This document shows, piece by piece, positions 1 through 13,209 of a DNA stretch of 64,000 nucleotides. The notes beneath the pieces are model-generated. The model had not been told where the DNA came from and ran no database searches. It saw nothing but the letters and a program-made list of their open reading frames with translations. The DNA comes from the human T2T-CHM13v2.0 reference genome, Homo sapiens. The stretch lies in the NCBI RefSeq assembly GCF_009914755.1, contig NC_060944.1. One strand, given 5' to 3'. Made by a program: the position numbers and the translations under genes. Every line of letters starts with the position of its first letter. Within the stretch, counting starts at the first letter, position 1.

Positions 1-380
1 TAAAAGATCAAAGCCAGCTGCTCTGCCCAGAGATGAGGCTGGGGCAGACGCAGGTTACGGGCAGCACCTGGCAGCCAGCAGCCTGGGAGAGCCACTGTGG
101 GCGGGGGCCCCACCTGTCACCAGGAAGCTTCTGCTTCAAGGAACCTGAGGGCAGTGCATGGGAGAGCCCTTCTTGGAAAGACCTGAGTTCCCCTTCCAGG
201 ACAGTGACTCAGTCCTTTGTCATCTGGGCTTTCTTTCCTGTTCAGAGGATTCTCCAGGTTTGCCCAGGGTTCCTTGGTCACAGCACTTGTAGGGGAGGGA
301 AGAATCAGTTTGTGCCTCACCCTGATGGTTACAACGCTGACCGGCTTGCCGTGTGCAGGTGAAGACCAATTAGAAGACCT

Positions 381-390
381 GGGAATTCCC
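381..390. promoter_or_regulatory. Perfect palindromic NF-kB site GGGAATTCCC in ZBP1 intron 1, with CCAAT at 366-370
   Basis: Exact match to GGGRNNYYCC. Function is not shown by the sequence. Confidence 0.5.
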
Positions 391-480
391 ACTCCTGCGC
401 CCACCAAACTCCCCCACCGGCAGCCAGCAGCACCTCCATGCACCTGACTTCACACCTGGCTTCACCTTGTCTCGCAGAGT

Positions 481-781
481 TTTTTGTTTTTTGGTTTTGA
501 GATGGAATTTCGTTCTTGTTGCCTGGTCTGCGGCTGCAGTGGTGTGATCTCGGCTCACTGCAACCTCCACCTCCTGGGTTCAAGCAATTCTCTTGCCTCA
601 GTCTCTCAAGTAGCTGAGATTACAGGCACGCACCACTACACCCGGCTGATTTTTGTATTTTTAGTAGAGACAGGGTTTCCCTTTTTGGCCAGGCTGGTGT
701 CAAACTCCTGACCTTGGGTGATCCCCGCAACTCAGCCTCCCAAAGTGCTGGGATTGCAGGCGTGAGCCACTGCGCCTGGCC
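481..781 (-). mobile_element. Alu (AluS; Sq/Sp-like)
   Basis: T-rich tail, then reverse Alu ending CCAAAGTGCTGGGATTGCAGGCGTGAGCCACTGCGCCTGGCC. TTTCGTTCTTGTTGCC variant near the tail. Confidence 0.93.
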
Positions 782-1177
782 GCAGTTTTGATTCTGGAAG
801 GCTGACCTTAGGGAGCCACTGCCTCGGCTCCACACACCCCAGAGGAGATGGGGGTCAGAGGTGTGGATGCAGGACAAGCACTGGCCCTGGGCTGGCCTCG
901 ACTGCTGAGTCCCAGGCTACTGTGTCTGAAAATGGGAAATTGTAAAATGGAGCAGGTGTAGGCAACAATTTGGTCACAAAAGGAAAATCAACTGGGGAGG
1001 AAGACAAGAAAAGCCAGCGAGGGCTGAGTCCGGAACCTGCGTCAGCACCCGTGAGTCCCCGAAGAGGAAGCTCCACAGGACCTCCGCGGTCAGCCCGGCT
1101 CCTGGGCCACACCCTGACATTAGCCCTCCCGGGGCACACTCTGTGTTGGTTTTTTAAAATTCTGATGGCTGATTTCC

Positions 1178-1297
1178 TGGGTTTGAGCTCCTAGCCCTGC
1201 CAACTACTAGCTGTGTGACCTCCCCTCCGGCTTCAGGTTCCTCTTCTGTGAAATGGAGACAGTAATAACTACTTCAAAGATTGTGGTGAGGATTAAA
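1178..1297 (+). mobile_element. MIR fragment
   Basis: MIR core CTAGCTGTGTGACC...TCTGTGAAATGGAGA...GTGAGGATTAAA. Confidence 0.7.
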
Positions 1298-1618
1298 AAC
1301 AAAACAAACACATCCCCCAAACCGCAAAACCACACTTCACCTACAGTCCACAGCGCTTAGTGGAGACCCTAGAGAACAGCAATTACTCGATACACTATTG
1401 GCTTTCATTGCAACTCTTCCAGGAATAAAATGAATGAAATGTTAGTTGAGGAAAGGATGCAACAAGGGGGAACAAAGGCACACATGTATCTCATCAAAGC
1501 AAACCGCTTTGTTCTCGATATGACTGTGACATGGGTGTTCAGACGCTAACACCAGCGTTCGCCAGCTGTGTTACCCCGAGAGTGTCATTTCACCTCTCAG
1601 GGCCTCAGTTATCTATAA

Positions 1619-2035
<417 letters not shown>

Positions 2036-2162
2036 TGGTCTACTATTCTTTAGGATACTGCTATTGTCATCATGATCTGGACCAAGCGAAACAGGAGGAA
2101 AGAGAAGTAGAAATCTCACCCCGGGAGCTACCGCTGGTCCTTGGAAGGAAGAAGTACTGTAC

Positions 2163-2196
2163 CTTCTCTGCCCGGGTCAGCAGGAGCCTGGGCCAT
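2163..2196 (-). CDS. ZBP1: ZBP1 (Z-DNA-binding protein 1/DAI) exon 1 coding part, MAQAPADPGRE+G, phase-1 donor. Remaining exons lie left of the window.
   Basis: The translation matches the recognised ZBP1 N-terminus. Strong Kozak AGCATGG at 2196, GT donor (GTACAG) at 2162, ISRE just upstream, and synteny with PMEPA1. Confidence 0.92.
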
Positions 2197-2329
2197 GCTG
2201 ACAGCAGCTGCAAGGAGTCGGAGAGACTTGGCAGGTGTGCAGGCTTCTGCACTGTGGCCCTGAGAGGGTGGGCTAGGTCGAGGCTGGGGCTTCTGAAGTG
2301 GCCGAGCCTGGTGCTTCTTGCAGCTCTGA

Positions 2330-2620
2330 ACCCACAAGGGGAGGGATGCCAGCTTCCACTGGGCAGGTGTCAGCTGCTTACAGCCCGGAAATAGATGCCT
2401 AGCCAGGCCGGCCAGATTCGGTTTCAGGAGAAAAAGAAAATGAAACTTCTCTGTTCGTCTTTTGAAAGAAAAAAAAAGTGGAAGCCAGGTGGATGAGCAA
2501 GACAGAGTTGGGGACCTGACTTGATGTTGACAGGGAGGAGCTGTAAACTTGGCAAGACCAGAGCGTCCTCCGAAGAGGCCTTTGAGACAGAGGACTTCCC
2601 TCACCTTCCCCGTTCCAGGC
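2330..2620 (-). promoter_or_regulatory. ZBP1: ZBP1 interferon-responsive promoter region (exact TSS not determinable)
   Basis: ISRE at 2436-2447, TTC-N4-GAA STAT-like site at 2423-2432, ETS-like CCGGAA near 2385, A-rich GTGGAAG near 2478, kB-like GGGAAGTCCT at 2591-2600. Confidence 0.75.
2436..2447 (-). promoter_or_regulatory. ISRE (AGTTTCATTTTC on the minus strand)
   Basis: Exact match to AGTTTCNNTTTC, 240 bp upstream of the ZBP1 ATG. ZBP1 is an established interferon-stimulated gene. Confidence 0.85.
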
Positions 2621-2782
2621 ACAGCCCACCTGGACCTCTACATTTTTATTTTCTGAATCAGCATCAGAGAACTGAAGAAAATAAAAATAAAAAAAAGAGC
2701 ATGCACCACGTGGAGGGGGATGCCAGGGCGTGGCATCACTCTGATGATGTGAGGGGCTGGGGCTGGTTATCTGGTTTCTGTG

Positions 2783-3077
2783 TTTTTGTTTGTTTTTGAG
2801 ACAGGGTTTCTGTCATCCAGGCTGGAGTGCAGTGGCGTGATCACGGCTCACGGCAGCCTCGACCTTCCGGACTCCAGCGATCCTCCCACCTCTCAGCCTC
2901 CCTAGTAGCTGGGACCACAGGCCTAGACCACCATGCCCGGCTAATTTTTGTATTTTCTGTAGAGATGGGGTTTCATCGTGTTGCCCAGGCTGGTCTCAAA
3001 CTCCTGGGCTCAAGCGATCTGCCTGCCTTGGCCTCCCACAGTGCTGGGATTCCAGCCGCAAGCCCCCACGCCCGGCC
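2783..3077 (-). mobile_element. Alu (AluJ-like)
   Basis: Reverse Alu with J-type CTCCTGGGCTCAAGCGATC. Confidence 0.9.
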
Positions 3078-3574
3078 CCGCTGGTTCCTGTAGTACTTCC
3101 TCCTCGGGGACTCACAGGTGCTACAGAGGCACCGTCCCCAGCTCTCAGTGGCTTTTCTTGTCTTCTTCCAGTTTGTTTCCCTTGCCCACACTAGGGGCAG
3201 AACATTTAGGTGCGTGAAGGCCCTGAGATTGTTCTTGTGTGTATCCATGTGAGCCTCTTTAATGAACACCTATTATGCGTTTTCCAATCTCAAGTGCTCC
3301 TCCAACCCATCTACAGGGTAGGGGCCAGTTCTGTCTTCTTCTCAGGGGGGAAACTGAGGCTAGAAAGGCAAGATCACTTGTCCAAGGCCACACAGAGTCC
3401 ATGACAGAGCTTGTCCTGTCCATTCCCCAATTGTGTTTCCTGATCTATAACACCCAGAAGTCACTGGTGAATCACCCTTAGTGCACAGATGGCGTGGAGT
3501 TCCCCGCCTCATCATAAAACTTGCTTATTAATTCCAGAGTCAGATGCCTGGGGTCAGCAGCCGAGTGGTTCGGA

Positions 3575-3740
3575 ATGCAAGCCTGGGTCAGCATGCTTGG
3601 GTCCAAACCTGGCTCCGCCATTTACCGGCTGTGTGACCTCGGACAAATTATTTAACCCCTCTGTGCCTCAGTTTCCCCATGTGTAAAAGGACTTAATCAA
3701 AGGACCTAGCGCATGGGGTCGAGGTGAGGACCTAAGGGGC
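3575..3740 (+). mobile_element. MIR fragment
   Basis: GCTGTGTGACCTCGGACAAATTATTTAACCCCTCTGTGCCTCAGTTTCCCCAT core. Confidence 0.75.
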
Positions 3741-5649
3741 TGATACAGCCCAGCTGTCGGGCTAGAGCCCCAGAGCCATCCGTAGTCACGGGCACCGTGG
3801 TCACCTCACAGGAATGCTTCTGGGAGAGGACCCGTTGCTTACATAATTCTCAAAAGGGCCAGTGACCTCAGAAAAACTCAGAGCCACTGTTCTCTTCCAG
3901 ATCACAGAAGGAGGAACTGAGGCCCACAGAGGTGAATGCTGTGTACAAGGCCCCCCAGCTTTTGGCAGCCAAGGGGGTTGAGAGCTCAGCCCTGGAAGTC
4001 CCTGGACTTGGGGTCTGTGTCTCATCTGCAGAGGGCTGGGAGGGCTAGAGACGTCTGTGCTCCTTGCAGACCCCATTTATGCATAAGGAGCAGCTTAGCG
4101 GCAAATACAAATGGAAAGGGGGTCCGGAGGTTTATCCTGAAGCTATCTGTCTTTGCAGAGCGAGCACCTGGAGCCCAGGTCTTCCGCCCTGCCTGCATGT
4201 TAAGTGTTTGAAGCAAAAAAAAAGTCTCAATGCCCAGGCCGGCCCAGACTAGTCAACTCCAACCTCTGCGGCTGGGGCCCGAGGGTGAGATTTTTTATGC
4301 TCCTGGGTGACTTTTCCTGCTTCCAGGTGGAGAACCAGTAAGTCTGGGGCAAGTCAATAACAGCAAACTGCAGGATGCTTTTATTCTCCTTTTATGTAAA
4401 AGCGAAAACTGCAGGTATCACCCTATGAAATAACAATAGTGCTCTTTAAATGGGGGGGTAGGTGGGGTGCTGAGGGAGATGATGAAGGTGCCCTCCGGAA
4501 GGGGCTCCGGCTGAGCCCTGCAAGGCTGAGTCCCTTGGGTGTCTGGGGTGCCACGCCCGAACTGGCCACCAGGTGATGCCGCTCACCAACCTGGGCTTGG
4601 GCGCACCTTGGCTTCAAGTTCCCTCTGATCTGCAGGGAGGAGCTCCTACCCCAACCCATGGTTGGACTCCAGACTTGATGAATCACAGCTCCAAGACGTG
4701 CCCACCCCTCCCACTGCCTTGTCCTGCATCATCCTTTATTCTTCCTGTCTCTTCAGTCACTCATCGTGGTTTCTTCACTCATCTTTCCTGGAAGGAGTCA
4801 GATTCCAGCTGTTTCTCTGTGAAGCCTCCAGGCAGTTCTTTGTGCTCTTCCGGCCTGGCCTCCCAGTGTTGGTCTTGACACAGCCCACCACTCCCCCGTG
4901 GGGAAACTCTCTCTCCCCCCATCTCCAGGGCCCATGCTAGCTTCTCCCCTTCCTTCCCTGGCCTCTGCAGCTCAGGCCTTGACCCCAGGTCCCTGGTGGG
5001 CTTGCAGGTCAGGTTGAGGGATGTTAGCTTGGTCTTGGGTGCCAGCCTTACTTCTAGGAAGATGGCTTCTGCTGCAGGGAGGAGGCTGGTGCCCCTCACG
5101 GCTGGTCTCCATCCAGACTGTGCTTGGATGACCCCTTTCTGTCCCCGTGGCCACATCCTGAAGGCACATGGAGCCCCTCTGGGCCTGAGCCATTTTTAGG
5201 AGTCTGTAGCAGGGACCACCATGCCAGTGGAGACCAAGCGCCTCGGGAAGTTCCCTGGACAAGGATTCTGTCTTGTCTCTTCTCCAGGGCAGGTTCTCCT
5301 TCCCAGCTGTGTGGCGCTACCTCTCTGAGCCGCGGTTTCTTTAACTATAAAGCAGAGATACTAAGAAAAAGCATTTTTGACACTTAGTATGTGCTCACAA
5401 CATTTGCATAAGTTAGAAAACATGATGCATCTCCACAGTATCTCTTTAGACAGCAAACAAACAAAAGAGAGCAATAGACAAAAAGAAGAAAACATTTCAC
5501 GTGGGTAGGTTCCACCTTTCTTTGCATTCCATGGCACATCTGGAGATGAAGCCAGGAATCTGCTATGTGCTTGTCACCCACTGAGTGGGAGTCTTACTTT
5601 TAAATACTTAGATTGCCTTTATTTCTCTTCTCTATTTAAGAGCTGTTTA

Positions 5650-6060
5650 AGTTGAGTTTGACCCTAAGGATTATCTTTAAGCCTAAATACCAGTGGCTAA
5701 AACAATAGAGTTGTGTCTTTTTCTTGAAAGAGTTGTAGGCATTCCAGGTTTAGTGTGGTGACCTGGGGTCCTTCTACATTGTCGGTCTGCCATTTGTGGC
5801 CTTCATTCTCAAGTTTGCCTTACATTTTAGAATGGCTGCTAAGCTCCAGCCATTACATCTGCATTCCTTCCAGCAGGGAGTAGGAAAGGGAACAAGGGCA
5901 GATATCTCCCTTTAAGCACGCATCTTACAAGTTGCACACACATTCCACTAATACCCCATTGGTCAGTCTTGTGGCTCTTATCTGTAAGGGAGGCCTGGAA
6001 AGATGGTCTGTATTGTGGGTCACCATGTGCTCAGCTAAAATTGGGGTTCTATGACTTTAA
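5650..6060. mobile_element. Old MaLR LTR (MLT1-type)
   Basis: Degenerate MLT1-like motifs: AGAATGGCTGCT..CTCCAGCCATTACATC and CCCATTGGTCAG...TAAGGGAGGCCTGGAAAG. Confidence 0.5.
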
Positions 6061-6789
6061 AATGGGGGACAGTAGATATTGGCAGAGACCTAGCTATCTC
6101 TGCCATTTCAAGGTTCCCTGGTGTCCCCAAGAAAGGAGCAAAGATACCTCCTCTGTGCCTTCAGGTGTGTCCATTCACGGGGTTCATTTATTCAGCAGTT
6201 GCTGTGCCTCCTTACTCTGCCTGGAAAGGGCCTCAAAGGCCACAAGACTTCCAAGATGGCACCACTGCCTGCTGGAGTCCTCATCTCCTTTTGCCTTGGA
6301 AGGCGCACTCCCTGTTCATGGCTTGTGTTTTTCTGGAAACTATTAGAGCTCTCCGCCCAAACCAGATGATAATTACATGTTACTGATCTTGAGTCTTTAA
6401 ATTTTTCTCTCTCTCTTTTAAAAGAGAGATATTTTTACTGCACATTGTGTTGACAAAACCCAAGTCTCCTTTCTACCAGGCAGCCTGGATTTTATTTTCA
6501 GATTTCCTCTGTGAATTCATGCAGGGGGAGGAGGTGGAAAGGTACTGAATGTGAATAATAACATGTCTTTGGTCAGGGACAAGGGTCAGAGAACCAGGGG
6601 TGGCTGAAGAGGGGAATGGAGATTGCCCAAGGTCACAAAGTCATCCTCCTGGGGTGGAATGAAGACTGAGTAAAACTGGTGCGTCCAGGAAAGCAGGTTT
6701 TCATTGCAGTCCCTAGAGGAGTCTGCCCTGGCCCTGTTCTCTGCTCTTCCAGGCAGAGCTGTTGATGGGGCCTCCATTGTTTATCTGTA

Positions 6790-7020
6790 TCCATTGGAGT
6801 TGAAGAGACCTGGGGTTCTGGTCTTGGCACCCAGCTTTTTAACTCTGTGCCTTGAGCAAGTTACTGCTCTGTCTGAGGCTCAGTTTATGTCTTTGTAAAG
6901 GGGGTCATAGAAGTACTTACCTTGTGGGATTGTTGCACAGGTTAAATGGGATTGTGTACCTGTAGGTCCTAGTAGAGCACTGGGCACATAGTATGTGCTC
7001 AATAAACAGGAGCTAGTCAT
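6790..7020 (+). mobile_element. MIR
   Basis: MIR core plus 3' end GGCACATAGTATGTGCTCAATAAA. Confidence 0.75.
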
Positions 7021-7167
7021 GTTATCACCATGTGATGCTCAGCTGTCCCTCTCTCTGGTAATAAAGCAATCCTATTCACTCACCTGATCATTTGCCAAAT
7101 ACTTTCTCATGCCTTCCTTTTATCGGGCCACATGCTGGGCCCTGCAGGGCATGGGAGAAACGTCTCT

Positions 7168-7539
7168 GTCTTCGTCTGTTTTCTGCTGCTATAACAGAAC
7201 ATCACAGCCTAGGTAATTTATAAACAATAGGATTTTATTTGGCTCATGCTTCTGGAGGCTGGGAAGTCCAAGAGCATGACACCAGCCTCTGGCAAGGGAC
7301 TTCATGATGTATTATCTCATGGTGGAAGGCAGAAGGGCATACAAGCATATGAGACAGAGAGGAAAGGAGCTGAACTCCCAAGATAACCAAACTACAATGG
7401 CAAAAAATAGCATTTGTCCATTCATGAGGGCAGAGCCCTCCTGACCTAATCACTTCTTAAAGGTCTTACCTTTTTAATACCATCACAATGGCAATTAAAT
7501 TTCCACATGAGTTTTGCAAGGGACATTCTAACAATAGCA
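7168..7539 (-). mobile_element. MaLR solo LTR (MST-type)
   Basis: TGTCTT.GTCTGTTTTCTGCTGCTATAACAGAA...GGCTCATGCTTCTGGAGGCTGGGAAGTCCAAG...ATAGCA. Confidence 0.8.
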
Positions 7540-9209
7540 GTTCCATTTGCTGATTCCTGCCTCCATTTCCCACTCTGGCTGCAGAAGAGGCCACACTGCC
7601 TGGTCCTGGGATGAATGGGGTGACTCAGACCAAGTCCTAGGGCCCCAGCACTGACTGGTAAAGGCGACCTGAGCGGGGGGCAACAGCACCTGCTCTCAAG
7701 TGCGTAAGAGGTCAGGGAAGTGGGCATGGACAGGGCATGGACAGTCCTGGTAGAAAACTGAGATTTTTACCCAGGAGGTAAGGGAAGGGCCAGGGGAAGA
7801 TTTTCATCGAAGGCAAGTGGAAGATTTGGAAAGGTGGCCCTGGTTGCTGGGAGAACAGGTGACAGGAAGTGGGCAAGGGGAGAGGGAAGGAGGCCACTTC
7901 ATATTTAACTTTTATTATAATCAAAAGATTTTAAAAATCATTTTGCTTCCAAAATTATTTGCCTACAAAAAATTCACTGAATTACAATTGGCCACAATTT
8001 ATCAAGCATTATTCTTGGGAATTCTTGCAAAATGAGGAAAATTTCACCACCTATAAATTCTTTTCAAAAATAATGCAGTGTCATGAAATTTTTATGAGAA
8101 CTAAATGGAACAATTAATGAACTCGCCATGATGTTAGTTTTCTAGATGTTTAATTAAACATTTATTGATTTTAATTTTGCAGTGGGTTTTTTTTTCTTCC
8201 ATATTTTTGGGCACAAACATTTTCAGAGGCTCTTGAAACGTCTGTCAGCCTGATGTTCTAAGACTTTCACACCTAAAAGGTAAGATCGGGAAATGGAGGG
8301 ACACACATCCAAGGGACAGGGCCCTGGCCTCCCAGAATAGTGGACAGGGTGTGAATTGATGGTGGCATTGGGTGTTGCTGAGTGCGGGACAGAAGACAGG
8401 GCAAGGGGAGATGCGTTTACATGTTAATGTGTAACTTCTTTTCATTTAAAATGGGTATCCTCCTTTGAAATTTGACCCAAAGACTTGGTAACCCAACAGC
8501 AACTTACATTTATTTGGAGCTTATTGTGTACTCAATTTCCAGTGCCTTACACTATTTCATTGACTTCTTATAGCAATGCTATACGGTAGGTAATTAAGAT
8601 TAAATCTGCATTTCACAGACAAGGAAACTGAGACATGGAGAAATTACCAAGTTGACTGGCCAAGATCATAGAGCTAGTGAGCATTAAAGATGGGATTGCT
8701 ATGAGACCCTAGAATCCAAGCTCTTAGCAATTCTAATATTGCCAGGAACAAATCTGTTGTTATAATTCTGCAAAGATAAGAAGAAATGCTTTCTACGTCA
8801 GACAACTCTGCTATCTAGCATGGCTTTTGAGGCCTGTCAGAAAAAGTAAGTTGCAATGTCATTGCTTCCTAAGGTTTCTTTGACTGAATGCGCCCAAGGG
8901 AACAGGACATTGTGCCAAGTACTCAGGGGCACAGAAAGCTGACTAGCTAGAAGAAGAGAGTCTAATATTTAAGATTTTTTCCTCATTATGATTTTTAAAA
9001 TATTGACTACATGTTGAAACGATATTTGATATATTGGGTTAAAAAATCATTAAGATTTTTAAAAATAGAACAAGGTGACTATATGTGCACACTGATCTCA
9101 TATACGCAGCCCCAGACACACACATAGCCTCTCTGTGCTTTCTCCTCCCTGAGCCCTTCTCCTCCAAGGTTCTCTGACTTTCTCACTTTACTGACCACTG
9201 CTTTCTAGT

Positions 9210-9662
9210 TTGTCTGAGGCTGAGCACTCCCAGAAGCACACTCCAAAGGAGAGCTTTGAGTGCAAGTTGGTTATCTGAGAGGTGGTCTCAGGAAATTCTG
9301 GGAGGTGGGTGTGGAGGTGAGCCCAGGAAGGATGGAGAGCAGTCAAGGATGTGCCATCTGCTGATGACTTCTGCGGGCAGCTGGAGCTCAATCCTGCTGG
9401 ACAATGCTGGGAGAGCACGTGCCTCAGGGTGATCTACCCATAGGACAAGGGAACTGGGGTATTGATCCACCCACTCCCATCATCACTCAGTGAGGTTGCC
9501 CCTGGCAGGGGGTGTTAATTCCCTGGCACTCTTGGCCTGCTACATGGGGGCCAGAAGAAACTCCAGGCAAGGCACAGATGCCTTCAGCTGGAAGCTGGAC
9601 CCATGTGGACAGAAATGCAAAGGGCCAAGTGGGTGTGGGTGGGATACCAACCACACCTGCGA
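9210..9662. mobile_element. Old MaLR LTR (MLT1K/L-like)
   Basis: CCCAGAAGCA...TTTGAGTGCAAGT..TTAT.TG.GAGGTG motif. Confidence 0.55.
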
Positions 9663-10515
9663 CAGATTTCTGCGTAAGTTATTCCTTACGGCTGCTGAGG
9701 CCTGGAGTGGTTAAGTAGCATGCAGGGGTTGAATAGCTGGAAAGGGGCAGTGGAGAGGATTTGAATTCAGATTGTATGACCACAGAGCTGGAGGCCCTGA
9801 CCTCAGGCTTTGCAGATTCCTCTGCCTTTGTCGACTCTTATGAAGGGCAGGCAGGACTCTAACTCTATGAATTTAAAAAATTCATTTTTAAACTCACTCA
9901 CTCACTCAATCAAGTTAGAAGCTTTTAAAGACAAATTTAATAAGTTTGAACTCAGTAAAAGCCTTTCAATAAGTTGAACGTCATGATTTCAGCCCTCTGC
10001 TCACAGAACTATTAGGCAAGATGGTGAGGGGGAGGGGGCAGGAAGGGAAGTGGGGGGTGAGGGTGAGAAGGGGAAGTTAGAGGAAGTGAGCTAACACACA
10101 CAAACAGACACACAGATGGATCTTTCTTTTTAAAATTTATTTGCACATTTAAATCCATGGTTTGTTTCAAATTGATTGTGAAGCTTTTATAATATTTTGT
10201 TTTATTTTTAGAAACAGTTCTTTTACTTCAGAACAACTGTACAAAGTGCTAAAGAAAATGCATTGCTGACTTGGCACGGGTTTGCTGTGTGTTCTGTCTC
10301 CTCGCTGGCTCACACATGCTTCCTCACACTGAACGTTCCGTCTAGGCCTGCGACTGAGACAGGAAGCCAGACACACATGCTGAACTAATTTCAACAAATA
10401 TCAACTTAAAACTAACCTGAAGTCGTTGGAAATGGACGGACTGGTTCAGACACGGCTGCCTTCCCCAGCTTCATGCACAGGAAACTGCACTGTCTACACA
10501 ATGCAAGAGTGTTGC

Positions 10516-12000
10516 TGAGAGATGACAGCGTGCTGGCAGTCCTCACAGCCCTCGCTCGCTCTCTGCGCCTCCTCTGCCTGCGCTCCCACTTTGGCGGCAC
10601 TTGTGGAGCCCTTCAGCCCACCGCTGCACTGTGGGAGCCCCTTTCTGGGCTGGCCAAGGCCGGAGCCGGCTCCCTCAGCTTGCAGGGAGGTGTGGAGGGA
10701 GAGGTGCGAGTGGGAACCGGGGCTGCGAGCAAGAGCCAGCTGGAGTTCCGGGTGGGCGTGGGCTTGGCGGTCCCCGCACTCGGAGCAGCCGGCCGGCCCT
10801 GCTGGCCCCGGGCAATGAGGGACTTAGCACCCGGGCCAGTGGCTGCGGAGGGTGTACTGGGTCCCCCAGCAGTGCCAGCCCACCAGCGCTGCGCTCGATT
10901 TCTCGCCTTAGCTGCCTTCCCGCGGGGCAGGCCTGGGGACTGCAGCCCGCCATGCCTGAGCCTTCCCCTGCCTCCATGGGTTCCTGTGCAGCCCAAGCCT
11001 CCCTGCCGAGCGCCGCCCCCTGCTCCATGGCACCCAGTCCCATTGACCACCCAAGGGCTGAGGAGTGCGAGCACATGGCACAGGGCTGGCAAGCAGCTCC
11101 ACCTGCAGCCCCGGGGCAGGATCCACTGGGTGAAGCCAGCTGGGCTCCTAAGTCTGGTGGGGAAGTGGAGAACCTTTATGACTAGCTTAGGGTTTGTAAA
11201 TACACCAATCAGCACTCTGTATCTAGCTCAAGGTTTGTAAATACACCAATCAGCACCCTGTGTCTAGCTCAGGGTTTGTGAATGCACCAATGGACACTCT
11301 GTATCTAGCTACTCTGGTGGGACCTTGGAGAACCTTTATGTCTAGCTCAGGGCTTGTAAATACACCAATGAGCACCCTGTGTCTAGCTCAGGGTTTGTGA
11401 ATGCACCAATGGACACTCTGTATCTGGCTACTCTGGTGGGGCCTTGGAGAACCTTTATGTCTTGCTCAGGGATTGTAAACGCACCAATCAGCACCCTGTC
11501 AAAACAGACCACTCGCTCTACCAATCAGCAGGATGTGGGTGGGGCCAGATAAGAGAATAAAAGCAGGCTGCCCCAGCCAGCAGTGGCAACCCGCTGGGGT
11601 TCCTTTCCACCGTGTGGAAGCTTTGTTCTTTCACTCTTTGCAATAAATCTTGCTACTGCACACTCTTTGGGTCCACACTGCTTTTATAAGCTGTAACACT
11701 CACCGCGAAGGTCTGCAGCTTCACTCCTGAAGCCAGCGAGCCCACGAGCCCATGGGGAGGAACAAACAACTCCAGATGCGCCACCTTAAGAGCTGTAACA
11801 CTCACCGCGAAGGTCTAAAGCTTCACTCCTGAGCCAGCGAGACTACGATCCCACCAGAAGGAAGAAACCCCAAACACATCCGAACATCAGAAGGAACAAA
11901 CTCCAGACGCACCACCTTAAGAGCTGTAACGCTCACCGTGAGGGTCCGCGGCTTCATTCTTGAAGTCAGTGAGACCAAGAACCCACCAATTCCGGACACA
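10516..12000 (+). mobile_element. Solo LTR12C (ERV9 LTR), full length
   Basis: Begins TGAGAGATGACAGCGTGCTGGCAGTCCTCACAGCCC and ends CCAATTCCGGACACA. 4-bp TSD TTGC at 10512-15 and 12001-04. Tandem CCAAT/GATA-type repeats at 11150-11530, AATAAAA at 11556, polyA signal at 11642. Confidence 0.95.
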
Positions 12001-12064
12001 TTGCCATAGCTAGAAAAGTCTTCCTGTTTTTCATGATTAATCCATTTACTTGTCAAGTGTAGTG

Positions 12065-12610
12065 AAATCTGTTCTTGCTAGCTGCCCAGCACCCAACCCC
12101 TTATTCTGGTAAAATCCCCTCAATTTTCCTTTGAAAACCTCCTCACCCCTTCTCAACCCATGTGGCGCTGACTCCCTCTCCAAGGTTCAGGGCAGGGCGT
12201 GGGACTCAAGCTTGGCCAATTAGAGCCTTCCATTTTTATGGCTGCAGTGACTGGTCCAGAGATGGGCATGTGACCTAAGCCAAGCCAATGAGCTTCAATT
12301 CTGAGACTTCTGCAGGAAGGACTGGGGACTAATTTCTTCCGAGTGGATTTAGAAGTGTAAGGAAATGAGCCTAGATAAAAGATAGTGCCAGGAAAGGAGA
12401 ATTTGAACAGAAATCAGTAGAGAGAACAGCAATTTGATGGTGGAGACAAACTCCCCCTAACACCACCGTGAGCATGTCTAGATCCAGTAGTGTATAATTT
12501 AGCCCAGCTCTAGACTCTGGCTTTTCAATTATATGCGCCAACAATGTCCTTTTCTGCTAATAGGTCTCATTTAGGTGTAGGTCACTTACTATAGAAAGAT
12601 TTACCTGATA
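12065..12610 (+). mobile_element. Old ERVL-type LTR (LTR16-like)
   Basis: GGCCAATTAGAG...GATGGGCATGTGACCTAAGCCAAGCCAATGAG motif. Confidence 0.5.
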
Positions 12611-13209
12611 CATAAACTTATTTTAATTTTGTTCTAACAGAAAACCAAAATGTTGAATCAACTGGTTCAAGATCACTGGGTGAAGGTCTAGGGATGAAAA
12701 GCATTTTTGAGAGAGTGTAGTCAGTCCAGAGAATGCCTGTGTCCCAACCTTGCCATGTGGTCTCTGCTTGTTCATCATCAGTGATGGGCCACTCGCTGTG
12801 TGTGTAGCAGTGCTAATAATCAGAGTTCCTTTCTTTTATCCTAGAGATAATATTACATTGTTCAAAGATATACGCATGAGATGTTCATCACAGGATTGGT
12901 TACAAAGGTGAAGGAGGCACAGACAGCCTAGATATCCAAACAAAAGGGATCAGGTCAATGAATTAGGAAGTCTGTACAGTGAAATGCTCTGAAGCTATGA
13001 AAAATGGGATCTAGAATTGTATTTATTGATATGGAAAAGTGTTCACAGTATATTGGAAAAAATGTTTATAAATTGTATGATTCCATTTTAAAATGTCTGT
13101 GATTATCCATAACCCAGAAAAATACTGAGAGTATGGAGTATGTCTCCGAAATACATAGGTGATGTGTATTCTAGATTTTCTTTCTTTCTATAATAAAAAT
13201 GGATTACCT

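Noticed and set aside
33-362. QRILQV peptide resembling the ZBP1 Zalpha1 start
   Set aside because: Wrong strand and no flanking similarity, so a chance match.
2128-2622. 164-aa ORF as an N-terminally extended ZBP1
   Set aside because: It starts at a non-ATG codon upstream of the ISRE, in the promoter. Only 2196-2163 is exon coding, and the frame stops shortly into the intron.
10473-11240. Overlapping 194-255 aa ORFs on both strands
   Set aside because: They lie essentially within the GC-rich LTR12C, a typical stop-poor repeat artefact.
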